Shown piece after piece: positions 8,440-17,657 of a DNA stretch of 21,176 nt. How positions within the stretch are numbered: position 1 is the stretch's first letter; every line of letters starts with the position of its first letter. A program made the position numbers and the translations under genes. This DNA comes from Promethearchaeia archaeon (GTDB lineage Archaea; Asgardarchaeota; Lokiarchaeia; Sigyniarchaeales; SOKP01). The notes beneath the pieces were generated by a model. The model did no database searches, was not told the DNA's origin, and saw only the letters and a list, made by a program, of their open reading frames with translations. The DNA lies in assembly GCA_029856045.1 (NCBI GenBank), contig JAHQWG010000042.1, positions 1 to 21,176 on the forward strand. The letters run 5' to 3'.

Positions 8440-11226
8440 ATGACGGAAGATATTAGTTTATCCTTTAATAAAAAGGAAGCAGAGATTCTTTTAAATTCAT
8501 TGAATCTCTCAAAAGAGTTAAATCTTTTACCCGATGATAGCCATCTTTTAACTGCATTAATTAATAAGACTTTTAAAGTTGCAAAAAACCTCATTGATGA
8601 AAATATATACACTAAAGAAGAAATTAATCGTTGTGAACAAAAATTAAAAGAATCTGAAAATAAATATCGTTTTTTCATAGAAAATTTTCCTGGAATCGCG
8701 TTTCAAGGCTATCCAGATTTTTCAGCTGCCTTCTTTGATGGTAATATTGAAGAAATGACTGGATATACTGAAGAAGACTTCACTTCTGGACGAATTAAGT
8801 GGGATAATATTATTCATCCAGATGATTTGGAAAGAATTATAAAATTGGTTAAAAAATTTCATTCAACATCCATGAATTCTGATATTCGAGAATATAGAAT
8901 TATAAATGAAAATGGTAAAGTCCGTTGGGTTATGGAAAACATTCAAAAGCTTTATGATAACAGAAGAAAAGAAGAAATGGTACAAGGTACCATTATTGAT
9001 ATTACCGAGAGCAAATTAGCGGAACAAAAATTAAAAGAATCCGAAGAGAAATATCGAAATATTCTTGAAAACATGCAAGATGGATATTATGAAGTAGATC
9101 TTCAAGGAAATTGGACTTTTGCAAATAATTATATTTGTAATTATCTAGGATATTCAAGGGAGGAATTGTTGGGACGAAATTATCAAGAATTTTTAGATAA
9201 GGATACGGTAAAAGAAGTTTTTAATAGGTTTAATCAGGTCTATAAAGACGAGATTCCTAGAAATACTTTTGAAACTTATGTTATTAGAAATGACGGAAAG
9301 AAACGATTTATTGAAGGTACAATTTATTTAAAGTATGATTCTCAAGGAAAAAAGGTCGGTTTTGCTGGCTTTAGTCAAGATACGACAGAACACAAGAAGA
9401 TAGAGGAACAATTGCTTGAAAATGAAGATAAATTCCGCACTCTTTTCGAGCAAGCAGCAGATTCAATTTTACTCATTGATGTGGAGACGGGCGAACTAGT
9501 TGAATTCAACAACAAAACATGTGAAAATCTTGGTTATTCTCGTGAGGAATTCAAGAATATTAAGATTCCTGATTTAGAAATCATTGAGTCTCCTGAAGAA
9601 GTTAAGAAACATTTAGAGAAAGTCGTCAGGGAGGGTACTGACATCTTTGAAACGAAACATAGGACAAAGAATGGTGAGATAAGAAATGTAATAGTAAGCT
9701 CTAAGGCTATTAATATTCGAAGGAAAAATTTTGTTCAATCCATATATCGAGACATCACCGAGCGCAAGAAGGTGGAGGAAAAAATTCGCTACCAGGCGGA
9801 GCTCGTGGAAAATGTTACGGATGCCATTTTATCTCTAGATATAAACTATAACATTAAAAGTTGGAACAAGGCGGCTGAAGAAATATACGGTTGGAAAGCC
9901 GATGAGGTAATTGGGAAAAATTTACGGGAGGTTATTCCTGTTGAATTCCTTTACGATAAGACAGAGGATGTGCTAAGAGAATTCGCCGAAAAAGGGTATT
10001 GGAAAGGCGAAGGAATCCAACACCACAAGGATGGATCTCAATTAAACATTCTATCGGCGTCGAAAATTGTTAAGGATAGTTTGGGAAAACCAGTTAGTAT
10101 GGTAACTATCAATAAAGATATCACCGAGCGCAAGAAGGCAGAGGAGGAATTGATCAAAGCTAAGACCTTCTCCGAATCGATAATAGATAGTTTACCAGGA
10201 ATCTTTTATTTATTTGACGAGAAAGGCAAATTTCTGCGGTGGAATAAAAATTTTGAAATAGTTTCCGAATATTCGGCTCAAGAAATATCAAAAATGAGCA
10301 TATTAGATTTTTTTAGGGGAGAAGATAAAAGGCATATTGCTGAGAGGATTCAAGAAGTTTTTATTAAAGGCAAATCTACTGCAGAAGCGGATTTTATATC
10401 TAAAAGTGGAAAAAAAACCTCTCATTATTTTACAGGACTACGGATAATAATAAATAATACACCTTATCTTGGAGGAATGGGAATTGATATTTCTGAACGC
10501 AAGAAGGCGGAAAAAAAATTGCAAGAATCAGAAAAACGGTATAGGGATTTTATTTCAGTAGCCTCTCATGAATTTAAAACTCCATTAATCCCAATTATTG
10601 GCATTCCACAAATCATTTTAAAAGACACTAATTTAACTGAACAGCAGAAAGATTTTATTGACGAGATTTTATTAAGCGGTAAAAAATTAAATAAATTGAT
10701 GGATAACCTTTTAGATACAACTAAAATTGATGCAAAGGGTATTGAATTAAACAAACATGTAATAGAGATCAATGCCTTAATTGAGCAATGTATTAATGAT
10801 CTTTCTTTCTTAATACAATATAATAACCATACACTTGTAAAAAGATTACAAGAAAATGTAAAATTAAATATTGATAATATTAAAATATCACAAGTGTTAA
10901 ATAATTTCATCTCTAATGCAATTAAATACACCCCTCAAAATGGAATAATTGAAATTTCCACACAAATCGATAAGGATAATAATTTCATTTTTTCAATAAA
11001 AGATAATGGGATTGGAATAGATAAAAAGGATGCAGATTTGGTCTTTCAAAAATTTGGAAAAATAAGAGGAGTAGAAATATCTCAATATAACCTTGATACT
11101 TACGGAAATGGTCTGGGGCTTTATATTTCAAAAGAAATCATAAAACTCCATGGTGGAGAAATCTGGTTCGAATCGGAAGGTAGAAATAAAGGAACAAAAT
11201 TTTATTTTAAAATTCCAAACAGATGA
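8440..11226 (+). CDS. Soluble multi-PAS (5 PAS/PAC) sensor histidine kinase (HisKA + HATPase_c), HK1
   Basis: Five PAS modules ending in D(I/T)(T/S)E.K; H-box SHEFKTPL, N-box NFISNAIKYT, G1 DNGIGI, F-box, G2 GNGLGL; no TM segment and no receiver domain. Confidence 0.95.
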   Translation: MTEDISLSFNKKEAEILLNSLNLSKELNLLPDDSHLLTALINKTFKVAKNLIDENIYTKEEINRCEQKLKESENKYRFFIENFPGIAFQGYPDFSAAFFDGNIEEMTGYTEEDFTSGRIKWDNIIHPDDLERIIKLVKKFHSTSMNSDIREYRIINENGKVRWVMENIQKLYDNRRKEEMVQGTIIDITESKLAEQKLKESEEKYRNILENMQDGYYEVDLQGNWTFANNYICNYLGYSREELLGRNYQEFLDKDTVKEVFNRFNQVYKDEIPRNTFETYVIRNDGKKRFIEGTIYLKYDSQGKKVGFAGFSQDTTEHKKIEEQLLENEDKFRTLFEQAADSILLIDVETGELVEFNNKTCENLGYSREEFKNIKIPDLEIIESPEEVKKHLEKVVREGTDIFETKHRTKNGEIRNVIVSSKAINIRRKNFVQSIYRDITERKKVEEKIRYQAELVENVTDAILSLDINYNIKSWNKAAEEIYGWKADEVIGKNLREVIPVEFLYDKTEDVLREFAEKGYWKGEGIQHHKDGSQLNILSASKIVKDSLGKPVSMVTINKDITERKKAEEELIKAKTFSESIIDSLPGIFYLFDEKGKFLRWNKNFEIVSEYSAQEISKMSILDFFRGEDKRHIAERIQEVFIKGKSTAEADFISKSGKKTSHYFTGLRIIINNTPYLGGMGIDISERKKAEKKLQESEKRYRDFISVASHEFKTPLIPIIGIPQIILKDTNLTEQQKDFIDEILLSGKKLNKLMDNLLDTTKIDAKGIELNKHVIEINALIEQCINDLSFLIQYNNHTLVKRLQENVKLNIDNIKISQVLNNFISNAIKYTPQNGIIEISTQIDKDNNFIFSIKDNGIGIDKKDADLVFQKFGKIRGVEISQYNLDTYGNGLGLYISKEIIKLHGGEIWFESEGRNKGTKFYFKIPNR
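9022..9363 (+). repeat. Shared PAS module, copy A (second PAS of HK1)
   Basis: Gap-free alignment with 12616-12957; 87/114 aa identical by hand count. Confidence 0.92.
9754..10138 (+). repeat. 19-bp perfect direct repeat ATCACCGAGCGCAAGAAGG (9754-9772 and 10120-10138) bracketing the fourth PAS of HK1
   Basis: Read directly from the sequence; variants at 12976-12994, 10489-10507, 12220-12238 and 9001-9019. Confidence 0.9.
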
Positions 11227-11427
11227 ATATTAAAGAATATGGATATGTCGTATTGAAAAAATTTTTATTATTCATATCTTTTAAATTATCTTTTTGAATT
11301 ATATCTTATACTTTATAATAATGAAATAAACGAAATCAACAATTAAATATTATAAAAAATAAATTTATATTATAAAAATCGACCTCTTCCTTTTTCAAAA
11401 AAAAAAATTATTTTAAAGTAAGGAGTA

Positions 11428-14097
11428 ATGAAAAACAAAATAAAAAGTCTTACAGATCATAAGCAAGCGGAAGATGAACTAAAGAAGAGTGAGGAGAAAT
11501 ATAGATACCTAATTGAAAGATTAGGGGAAGCCGTATATCGCATATCTCTTCCTGACGGGAAATATGAATACTTTAATCCTGCTACTAAACTTATTTTTGG
11601 ATATACTGAAAAAGATTTTCTTAATAATCCAAAATTTATAGAGAAGATAATGCATCCTGATTTTAAAGAATATTTCAAGGAGAAATGGGGAGATTTGATA
11701 AAAGGCATTGTGCCCCCAACATATGAATATAAGATAATAGATCCAAAAGGAAATGAAAGATGGATATTACAATCGAATAAAGGGATATTTAACGAAAAAG
11801 GTAATATTATTGCATTAGAAAGTATTTGTAGGGATGTTACTAAGCAGAAAAAAGCAGACATCGCTCTAAGAACAAACGAAAGAAAATTTTTTGCTCTCTT
11901 TGAAAATGCAAATGACGCGATTTTTTTGTATAAAATAGATAAAAATCAAATACCAGACCAATTTTTAGAAGTGAATAAAATTGCTTGCAAATTATTAGGA
12001 TATAGTAGAGAAGAATTGCTTAAAATGACCCTTCTAGAAATAACTAATCCTATTCAATTAAAAAATATATCAAAGTTAATGAAAATGAGACAAAATACAG
12101 GAAAATTAACATCTGAAACGAATGCCTTAACAAAAGATGGTAAAAAAATTCTCTGCGAAATTAGTTCTCAAACATTTCAACTAGAAAATGAAAATGTTAT
12201 ACTCTCGACTATAAGAGATATTTCAGAGCGTAAGAAAACGGAAAAAAAATTAAAAAAATCTGAAAAACAATATCGAGAAATGATTACTTATTTAGATGTG
12301 GGTTTTTATAGCATCGAAATAGATGGAACGATATTAAACTATAACCCCAAATTTAGTGAAATCTTAGGTTTTAAAAACTCTGATAATTTGATTGGGTTGA
12401 ATGTATCTGATTTTTGGCAAAAGCCTGAACTTCGAAAAGAATATCTAGAGGAAATTATGAACTTAGGATTTGTTAAAAATTATATTTCCCATAGTAAAAA
12501 GAAAAATGGTGAAGAAATTGTTTTACAAGTGAATTCACATCTATTAAAAGACGATATGGGAACACCAATAAAAATTGAAGGGACAGTTATCGATATTACT
12601 GATAAATTTAGATTAGAACAAAAATTAAAGGAATCCGAAGAGAAATATCGTAGTATTCTTGAAAACATGCAAGATGGATATTTTGAAGTAGATCTCAAGG
12701 GAAATTGGACTTATGTAAATGATTATGTCTGTAAATATCGAGGTTGTTCAAAGGATGATTTAGTGGGAAGAAATTATCGAGAAATTTTAGATAAGGCAAA
12801 TATAAAAGAAGTGTTTAAGAAATTTAATCAAGTCTATAAAGAAGAGATTCCAAGAGGGACTTTTGAGACGCAAATTATTAGAAACGATGGGAAAAAACGT
12901 TTTGTTGAGGGCACAATTTATTTAAAGTATGATTCTAAAGGAAAAAAGGTAGGTTTTTTTAGTTTTTCACATGATGTCACCGAGCGTAAGAAGGTGGAAC
13001 AAAAATTGAAAAAATCTGAGGAAGAGCATAGAAATATGCTAAATAATTTAGATGTGGGTTTTTATAAGGGTGAAATAAAAGGCAAGTTGTTAATGCATAA
13101 TATTGCAATTAATAAAATATTAGAATGTGATCCATCTAAAAATTTGATAGGAACATTTGCAAAAGATTTTTTCAAAGATGAAAAACAGATGAAATTATAT
13201 TATAATACATTAATGAAAAATGGATTTATCAAAAATTTTATTGTCGAGCTAAAAAAAGAAAATGGAGAAATCATGACTGTCTCTTTAAATTCTCATTTAG
13301 TTGAAAATAAAATAACTGGAGAACAAGAAGTTGAAGGTACTGTTATTGATATAACAGAAAAATTCAGATTAGAACAGAAATTAAGAGAATCCGAAAAAAG
13401 ATATAGAGATTTTACGTCAATAGCCTCACACGAGTTTAAAACACCCTTGATTCCCATAATTGGAATGCCTCAACTTCTACTAAATGATAACAACTTAACT
13501 GAACAACAGAAAGATTCCTTAAATGAGATTTTACATAGTGGCAAAAAATTAAATAAATTAATTGATAATCTCTTGGATACATCTCAAATTGAAAGAACAA
13601 GTATTGAACTAATTAAAAGAGAAATAGAAATTAATACTTTAATAGACTCGTGTATTTCTGATCTCTCTTTTTTAATAAAACAGAAAAATATTATTCTCAT
13701 AAAGAACTTACAGAAAGATATAAAGTTAAATATTGATGACAAGAAAATCTCTCGGGTTTTAACGAATCTCATTTCGAATGCGATTAAATATACGATTTCG
13801 AATGGGAAAATTGAAATCTCTTCACAAATTGATAAAGAGAATAATTTCATTTTTTCAATAAAAGATAATGGTATCGGAATTGAGGAAAAGGATAAAGATT
13901 TAATCTTTCAAAAATTCGGGAAAATTAGAAGAGAAGAAATCGTTAAATATAAACTTGATTTTCATGGAAGTGGTTTAGGTCTTTTTATATCAAAAGAAAT
14001 AATTAAATTACACGGTGGAGAAATGTGGTTTGAATCTGCTGGAAAGAATAATGGAACTATTTTTTACTTTAAATTACCGAAAAAATTAGTTAAATAA
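11428..14097 (+). CDS. Soluble multi-PAS (5 PAS/PAC) sensor histidine kinase, HK2, paralog of HK1
   Basis: Five PAS modules; SHEFKTPL, NLISNAIKYT, DNGIGI, GSGLGL. The kinase core shares a 32-nt identical stretch with HK1 (10978-11009 vs 13840-13871). Confidence 0.95.
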   Translation: MKNKIKSLTDHKQAEDELKKSEEKYRYLIERLGEAVYRISLPDGKYEYFNPATKLIFGYTEKDFLNNPKFIEKIMHPDFKEYFKEKWGDLIKGIVPPTYEYKIIDPKGNERWILQSNKGIFNEKGNIIALESICRDVTKQKKADIALRTNERKFFALFENANDAIFLYKIDKNQIPDQFLEVNKIACKLLGYSREELLKMTLLEITNPIQLKNISKLMKMRQNTGKLTSETNALTKDGKKILCEISSQTFQLENENVILSTIRDISERKKTEKKLKKSEKQYREMITYLDVGFYSIEIDGTILNYNPKFSEILGFKNSDNLIGLNVSDFWQKPELRKEYLEEIMNLGFVKNYISHSKKKNGEEIVLQVNSHLLKDDMGTPIKIEGTVIDITDKFRLEQKLKESEEKYRSILENMQDGYFEVDLKGNWTYVNDYVCKYRGCSKDDLVGRNYREILDKANIKEVFKKFNQVYKEEIPRGTFETQIIRNDGKKRFVEGTIYLKYDSKGKKVGFFSFSHDVTERKKVEQKLKKSEEEHRNMLNNLDVGFYKGEIKGKLLMHNIAINKILECDPSKNLIGTFAKDFFKDEKQMKLYYNTLMKNGFIKNFIVELKKENGEIMTVSLNSHLVENKITGEQEVEGTVIDITEKFRLEQKLRESEKRYRDFTSIASHEFKTPLIPIIGMPQLLLNDNNLTEQQKDSLNEILHSGKKLNKLIDNLLDTSQIERTSIELIKREIEINTLIDSCISDLSFLIKQKNIILIKNLQKDIKLNIDDKKISRVLTNLISNAIKYTISNGKIEISSQIDKENNFIFSIKDNGIGIEEKDKDLIFQKFGKIRREEIVKYKLDFHGSGLGLFISKEIIKLHGGEMWFESAGKNNGTIFYFKLPKKLVK
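12616..12957 (+). repeat. Shared PAS module, copy B (fourth PAS of HK2)
   Basis: Gap-free alignment with 9022-9363; first ~100 nt nearly identical. Confidence 0.92.
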
Positions 14098-14228
14098 AAG
14101 TGGATTTGAAAAAATGGAAGCAAGAAAAATCTAAAAATATCTACTACTTTAATTTATCTTCTTACCAAGAAAGAAAAAAGATAAATAATTAAGGATTATT
14201 TTAACATGAAAAATAATCTAGTAGAAAA

Positions 14229-16022
14229 ATGAAAAAAAATCAATTTATCGCAGTTATAATTCTAATCTTATCAATAATACCAGTATTTTTTGTCGTTATT
14301 AATACCATCATCTCAAAACAAATTAACGATATTTATCTTAAGGAGAATGAAATTCATCTCGAATATTTTGAATTTCCGGGTTATGCAAATACAAGAATTA
14401 ATGGTATTTGTTGGATGACTGAAAAATATCGACTTTATACAAACCACTCGCAAGACGGCATTATTTTAATCCCAGGTATTAATTCGAGAAAAGAAAGTAA
14501 TGCTGAGAAATGTTTTGAATTGGTAAAACGAGGGTTTTTTGTCTTTATTATAGATAAAAGAGGGCATGGAGATAGTGACGGCTTATTAAGTTTATTAGCA
14601 AACGAGCCCTTGGATATTATTAAATGTATCGATTACATAGAACTCAATTATCCACAAGTTAATTCATCTAGAATTGGATTATTTGGATTGTCGTATGGTG
14701 GTGGAGCTGCCTTAATTGCACAAACCCAAGAACAAAGAATTCTAACAACCGTTGTTTATCACCCCTTCTCAAATATTTCTGACTTATTAATTGATTTTCC
14801 TATTCAGCATTTAATTGGAAACACTTTAGAAATACAGTTTGATGAACAATCCATTAAAAAGAATTCACCTGTAGAAATTTTAAATAGCTCAAATACTCGA
14901 AATCTATTGATAATCCACGGAACAGAGGATTTTACTGTTAAGTTAGAACATTCACAAATAATATATCAAATCCTGAATGGAGATAGTAGAAATGATATCG
15001 AATTGATTGAACGTCTTGACCTTAATCATGTGCAAAATATAAACAATGAAACCTCCTTAAAATATGCAATTTCGTGGCTGTTGCACTACTATAGGAATTC
15101 AAGTATTGATATTACCAATCTCGATAAGGAGATAAATTATTGTCATTTGTATGAATTTCAGGGATTCACTGCCAATAATTTGGAATTTTTATCCGTTATC
15201 TTTCTTTTTTTCCTCCTAATTGGCGGATGGATTTTATTTTTTGGTGATATTGGGATACCATACTACTCTGATATTCGTAATTTTAGACAAAAGAATAAAA
15301 AATCAACCCAAAATAGCCCAAATTCCTTGCTTTATTTTAAAAACCAAAAGGAATACCCAAATTTTAAGATTATAATCTGGGTTTCTATAATTTATATATC
15401 AGGATCATTAATAACAACGCTTTTATCACTGTTAATTAATCCATCTCTAATAATCGGTTTTCTTTTTCTTGGGAGTTTAATAATCATTTCAAGTATTCTC
15501 TTATTTTTAAAATTAAAATTACCTATTTTACTATCTATAGATAAAATTACACTATTTGAGAAAGAAGAAATTGAATTCTTTATTAAAAATTGTATTTGGA
15601 TTTTTTCTTCATTTCTAATATTTGGATTGGTTAATAATATTTACACTTATTATATCATCCCTATAGGAAGGATTCCGATATTTACTACTACATTTTTTAT
15701 AAATCTTTTTTTAATTTCCTTTGTATTTTGTCTAGATTTTCTAGTAATTCGGATTTTTAAATTACATTATGGGCTTTTAATCAATTCATTATTGAGACTT
15801 ATCACATTATCGATATTTCTATTGTTTATTCCGCTACCATCGTTTAATTTTCCAATAAATACTACGTTTTTATTTTGGCTCGGAATTCCATTATCTGCGA
15901 TATTGTTTACGTTCGTTGCAAAAATTCTAAAACCAATAACTAAAAATGAGCTAGGTGCATTAATTCTCATTTCAGTAATAACCTCAACAATTTTAGTGTA
16001 TTATTTTTTCAGAACAATCTGA
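14229..16022 (+). CDS. Alpha/beta-fold serine hydrolase with N-terminal anchor and C-terminal polytopic membrane domain
   Basis: DKRGHGDS, nucleophile GLSYGG, IIHGTEDFTV (Asp), LNH (His); one N-terminal TM and about 8 C-terminal hydrophobic segments. Confidence 0.85.
   Translation: MKKNQFIAVIILILSIIPVFFVVINTIISKQINDIYLKENEIHLEYFEFPGYANTRINGICWMTEKYRLYTNHSQDGIILIPGINSRKESNAEKCFELVKRGFFVFIIDKRGHGDSDGLLSLLANEPLDIIKCIDYIELNYPQVNSSRIGLFGLSYGGGAALIAQTQEQRILTTVVYHPFSNISDLLIDFPIQHLIGNTLEIQFDEQSIKKNSPVEILNSSNTRNLLIIHGTEDFTVKLEHSQIIYQILNGDSRNDIELIERLDLNHVQNINNETSLKYAISWLLHYYRNSSIDITNLDKEINYCHLYEFQGFTANNLEFLSVIFLFFLLIGGWILFFGDIGIPYYSDIRNFRQKNKKSTQNSPNSLLYFKNQKEYPNFKIIIWVSIIYISGSLITTLLSLLINPSLIIGFLFLGSLIIISSILLFLKLKLPILLSIDKITLFEKEEIEFFIKNCIWIFSSFLIFGLVNNIYTYYIIPIGRIPIFTTTFFINLFLISFVFCLDFLVIRIFKLHYGLLINSLLRLITLSIFLLFIPLPSFNFPINTTFLFWLGIPLSAILFTFVAKILKPITKNELGALILISVITSTILVYYFFRTI
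15807..16022 (+). repeat. Direct repeat copy 1: 3' end of the membrane hydrolase gene
   Basis: Aligns without gaps to 17308-17523. Confidence 0.9.
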
Positions 16023-16091
16023 TTTTTATTATATTTTCAGATTTTTAGCTAATTTAATAAGGCAAATAGAAAAAAATTAAATAAGATAGTT

Positions 16092-17141
16092 TTAATTGAA
16101 TAATTTTTGAACAAATTTGCTGATATTAGCTATTGCTTCTTTTGATTCAGGTAATCCAAAAGCTTGAAAAACATGCATCATCTCATTCCACACTTCCAAT
16201 GTTGCATCTACACCAGCAGTTTTAGCGCGTTCAACAAAAAGTCTCGAATCATCATATAGCATTTCACTTGTACTAGCTTGAATTAAGAGGGGTGGTAAGT
16301 CTTTTAAATCCGCAAAAAGAGGAGAAACTAAAGGATCCCGAGGATCTGCCCCTGCTAAATATGCTTCACTCCACCAGAACAACCCAGCATCCGCTAAAAA
16401 TGGATCTGTTTTCGCATTTTCAAAAAATGATTCACTTGTGCCCAAATGATTAGTTACTGGTGAAAGACAAAATGCCCCAGCTGGTATTGATATTCTATCA
16501 TCTCGTAATTTAATAAGAGTAACGAGCGCTAAGTTTCCTCCTGCTGAATCTCCGGCAATAATAATATTCTCCGGCTTAAAATTTTCTGAAAGAAGCCAAT
16601 TATATACGTTGATTGAATCTTCCAGTGATGCGGGGTAAGGATATTCAGGTGCAAGACGGTAATCGACGCTCAGTACTCTCATTTTTGTAGCCCTTCCTAG
16701 TTGAACTGTGAGTAATCGGTGATCATTCGGAGACCCTAATATGAATCCACCTCCGTGAAGATATAATAAAACTCTATCTTCTACTGCACTTGGAACAATT
16801 TGCCATTCTGCTGGGACTCCATTTGCATCAATTATCTTTATTTTAACATCTTTAGGGATTGGGTGTCTTTTTTGCACGAGATCCGCTCCATATTCGATAC
16901 CAAATCGATAGAATCTCGTCAAAAAGAGCTGCTCATCCTTAGTTAAAAAACCGCTCATATTTTCTCCTTTAAAAAACCGCTCATTTCCATCCATCACTTT
17001 TTTCCAAAGTGCCTGAAAATCAACTCCTTTATTCTCTTCTTTCTCCAAAAATTTAGGAATTACATGTAGTTGAATACCTAGGTAAGCATCCATAATTTTG
17101 AGTACGTCGGGACGAACCTTTGATCTATCTAAAATTGTCAA
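16092..17141 (-). CDS. HSL-family (family IV) esterase/lipase, alpha/beta hydrolase_3
   Basis: LHGGGF oxyanion motif, DYRLAPEYPYPA, GDSAGG nucleophile, SEMLYDD, MMHVF; TTG start. Confidence 0.93.
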   Translation of the reverse strand: MTILDRSKVRPDVLKIMDAYLGIQLHVIPKFLEKEENKGVDFQALWKKVMDGNERFFKGENMSGFLTKDEQLFLTRFYRFGIEYGADLVQKRHPIPKDVKIKIIDANGVPAEWQIVPSAVEDRVLLYLHGGGFILGSPNDHRLLTVQLGRATKMRVLSVDYRLAPEYPYPASLEDSINVYNWLLSENFKPENIIIAGDSAGGNLALVTLIKLRDDRISIPAGAFCLSPVTNHLGTSESFFENAKTDPFLADAGLFWWSEAYLAGADPRDPLVSPLFADLKDLPPLLIQASTSEMLYDDSRLFVERAKTAGVDATLEVWNEMMHVFQAFGLPESKEAIANISKFVQKLFN

Positions 17142-17307
17142 GTGATATTCTAACTCCTATCGTTTACTTTTTATTATTTATAATTTCTTCTTTATATTAA
17201 ATTATTACAAAAAAGTATTTAGCGTTTAATTAATAATATAAATAGAATTGAACAATTAATAAGATAAATTTATTTTAAAATTATGTAAAATTAGATAAAG
17301 GTGGTCC

Positions 17308-17523
17308 TTAACACTATTCTTATTGCTTATCCCACTTCCTTTCATTAATTTTCAATTGAATACTACGTTTTTATTATGGATTGGAATGCCAATTTTTGCT
17401 ATATTACTTATATTAATGACAAAAATTCTAAAACAAATAATAAAAAATGAACTAGGTGCATTAATTTTTTTTTCAGTAATAGCATCAACGATTTTAGTTC
17501 ATCTTTTTTTCAGAACAATCTAA
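17308..17523 (+). pseudogene. Diverged duplicate of the last ~70 codons of the 14229-16022 hydrolase (orphan 3' end)
   Basis: 44/66 aa identical by hand count (NTTFL, KILK, KNELGALI, STILV, FFRTI*). In-frame TAA at 17296-17298 and no homology further upstream. Confidence 0.85.
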
Positions 17524-17657
17524 GATTATTCAGCTAAAAATTATATTTCGTTTATTGTTGATTATGAATTTAAATTAAAATAGGCGAATAATATAGAATT
17601 ATAAATTTATTTAGATTGATTGTAATACGACTCTTATATCTTGAATATCTATCCACT

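Noticed and set aside
8998-13395. PAS junction repeats as a CRISPR array or a DGR template/variable repeat pair
   Set aside because: Spacing is ~370 bp, the repeats are in-frame coding and degenerate, differences between the shared PAS copies are not confined to adenines, and no cas or reverse transcriptase gene is present.
11224-16022. TGA stops as possible selenocysteine codons
   Set aside because: The proteins are complete at these TGAs, and the duplicate of the hydrolase 3' end has TAA at the same position.
17623-17633. TAATACGACTC, the first 11 nt of the T7 promoter
   Set aside because: The match breaks before ACTATAG and there is no vector or phage context; treated as coincidence.
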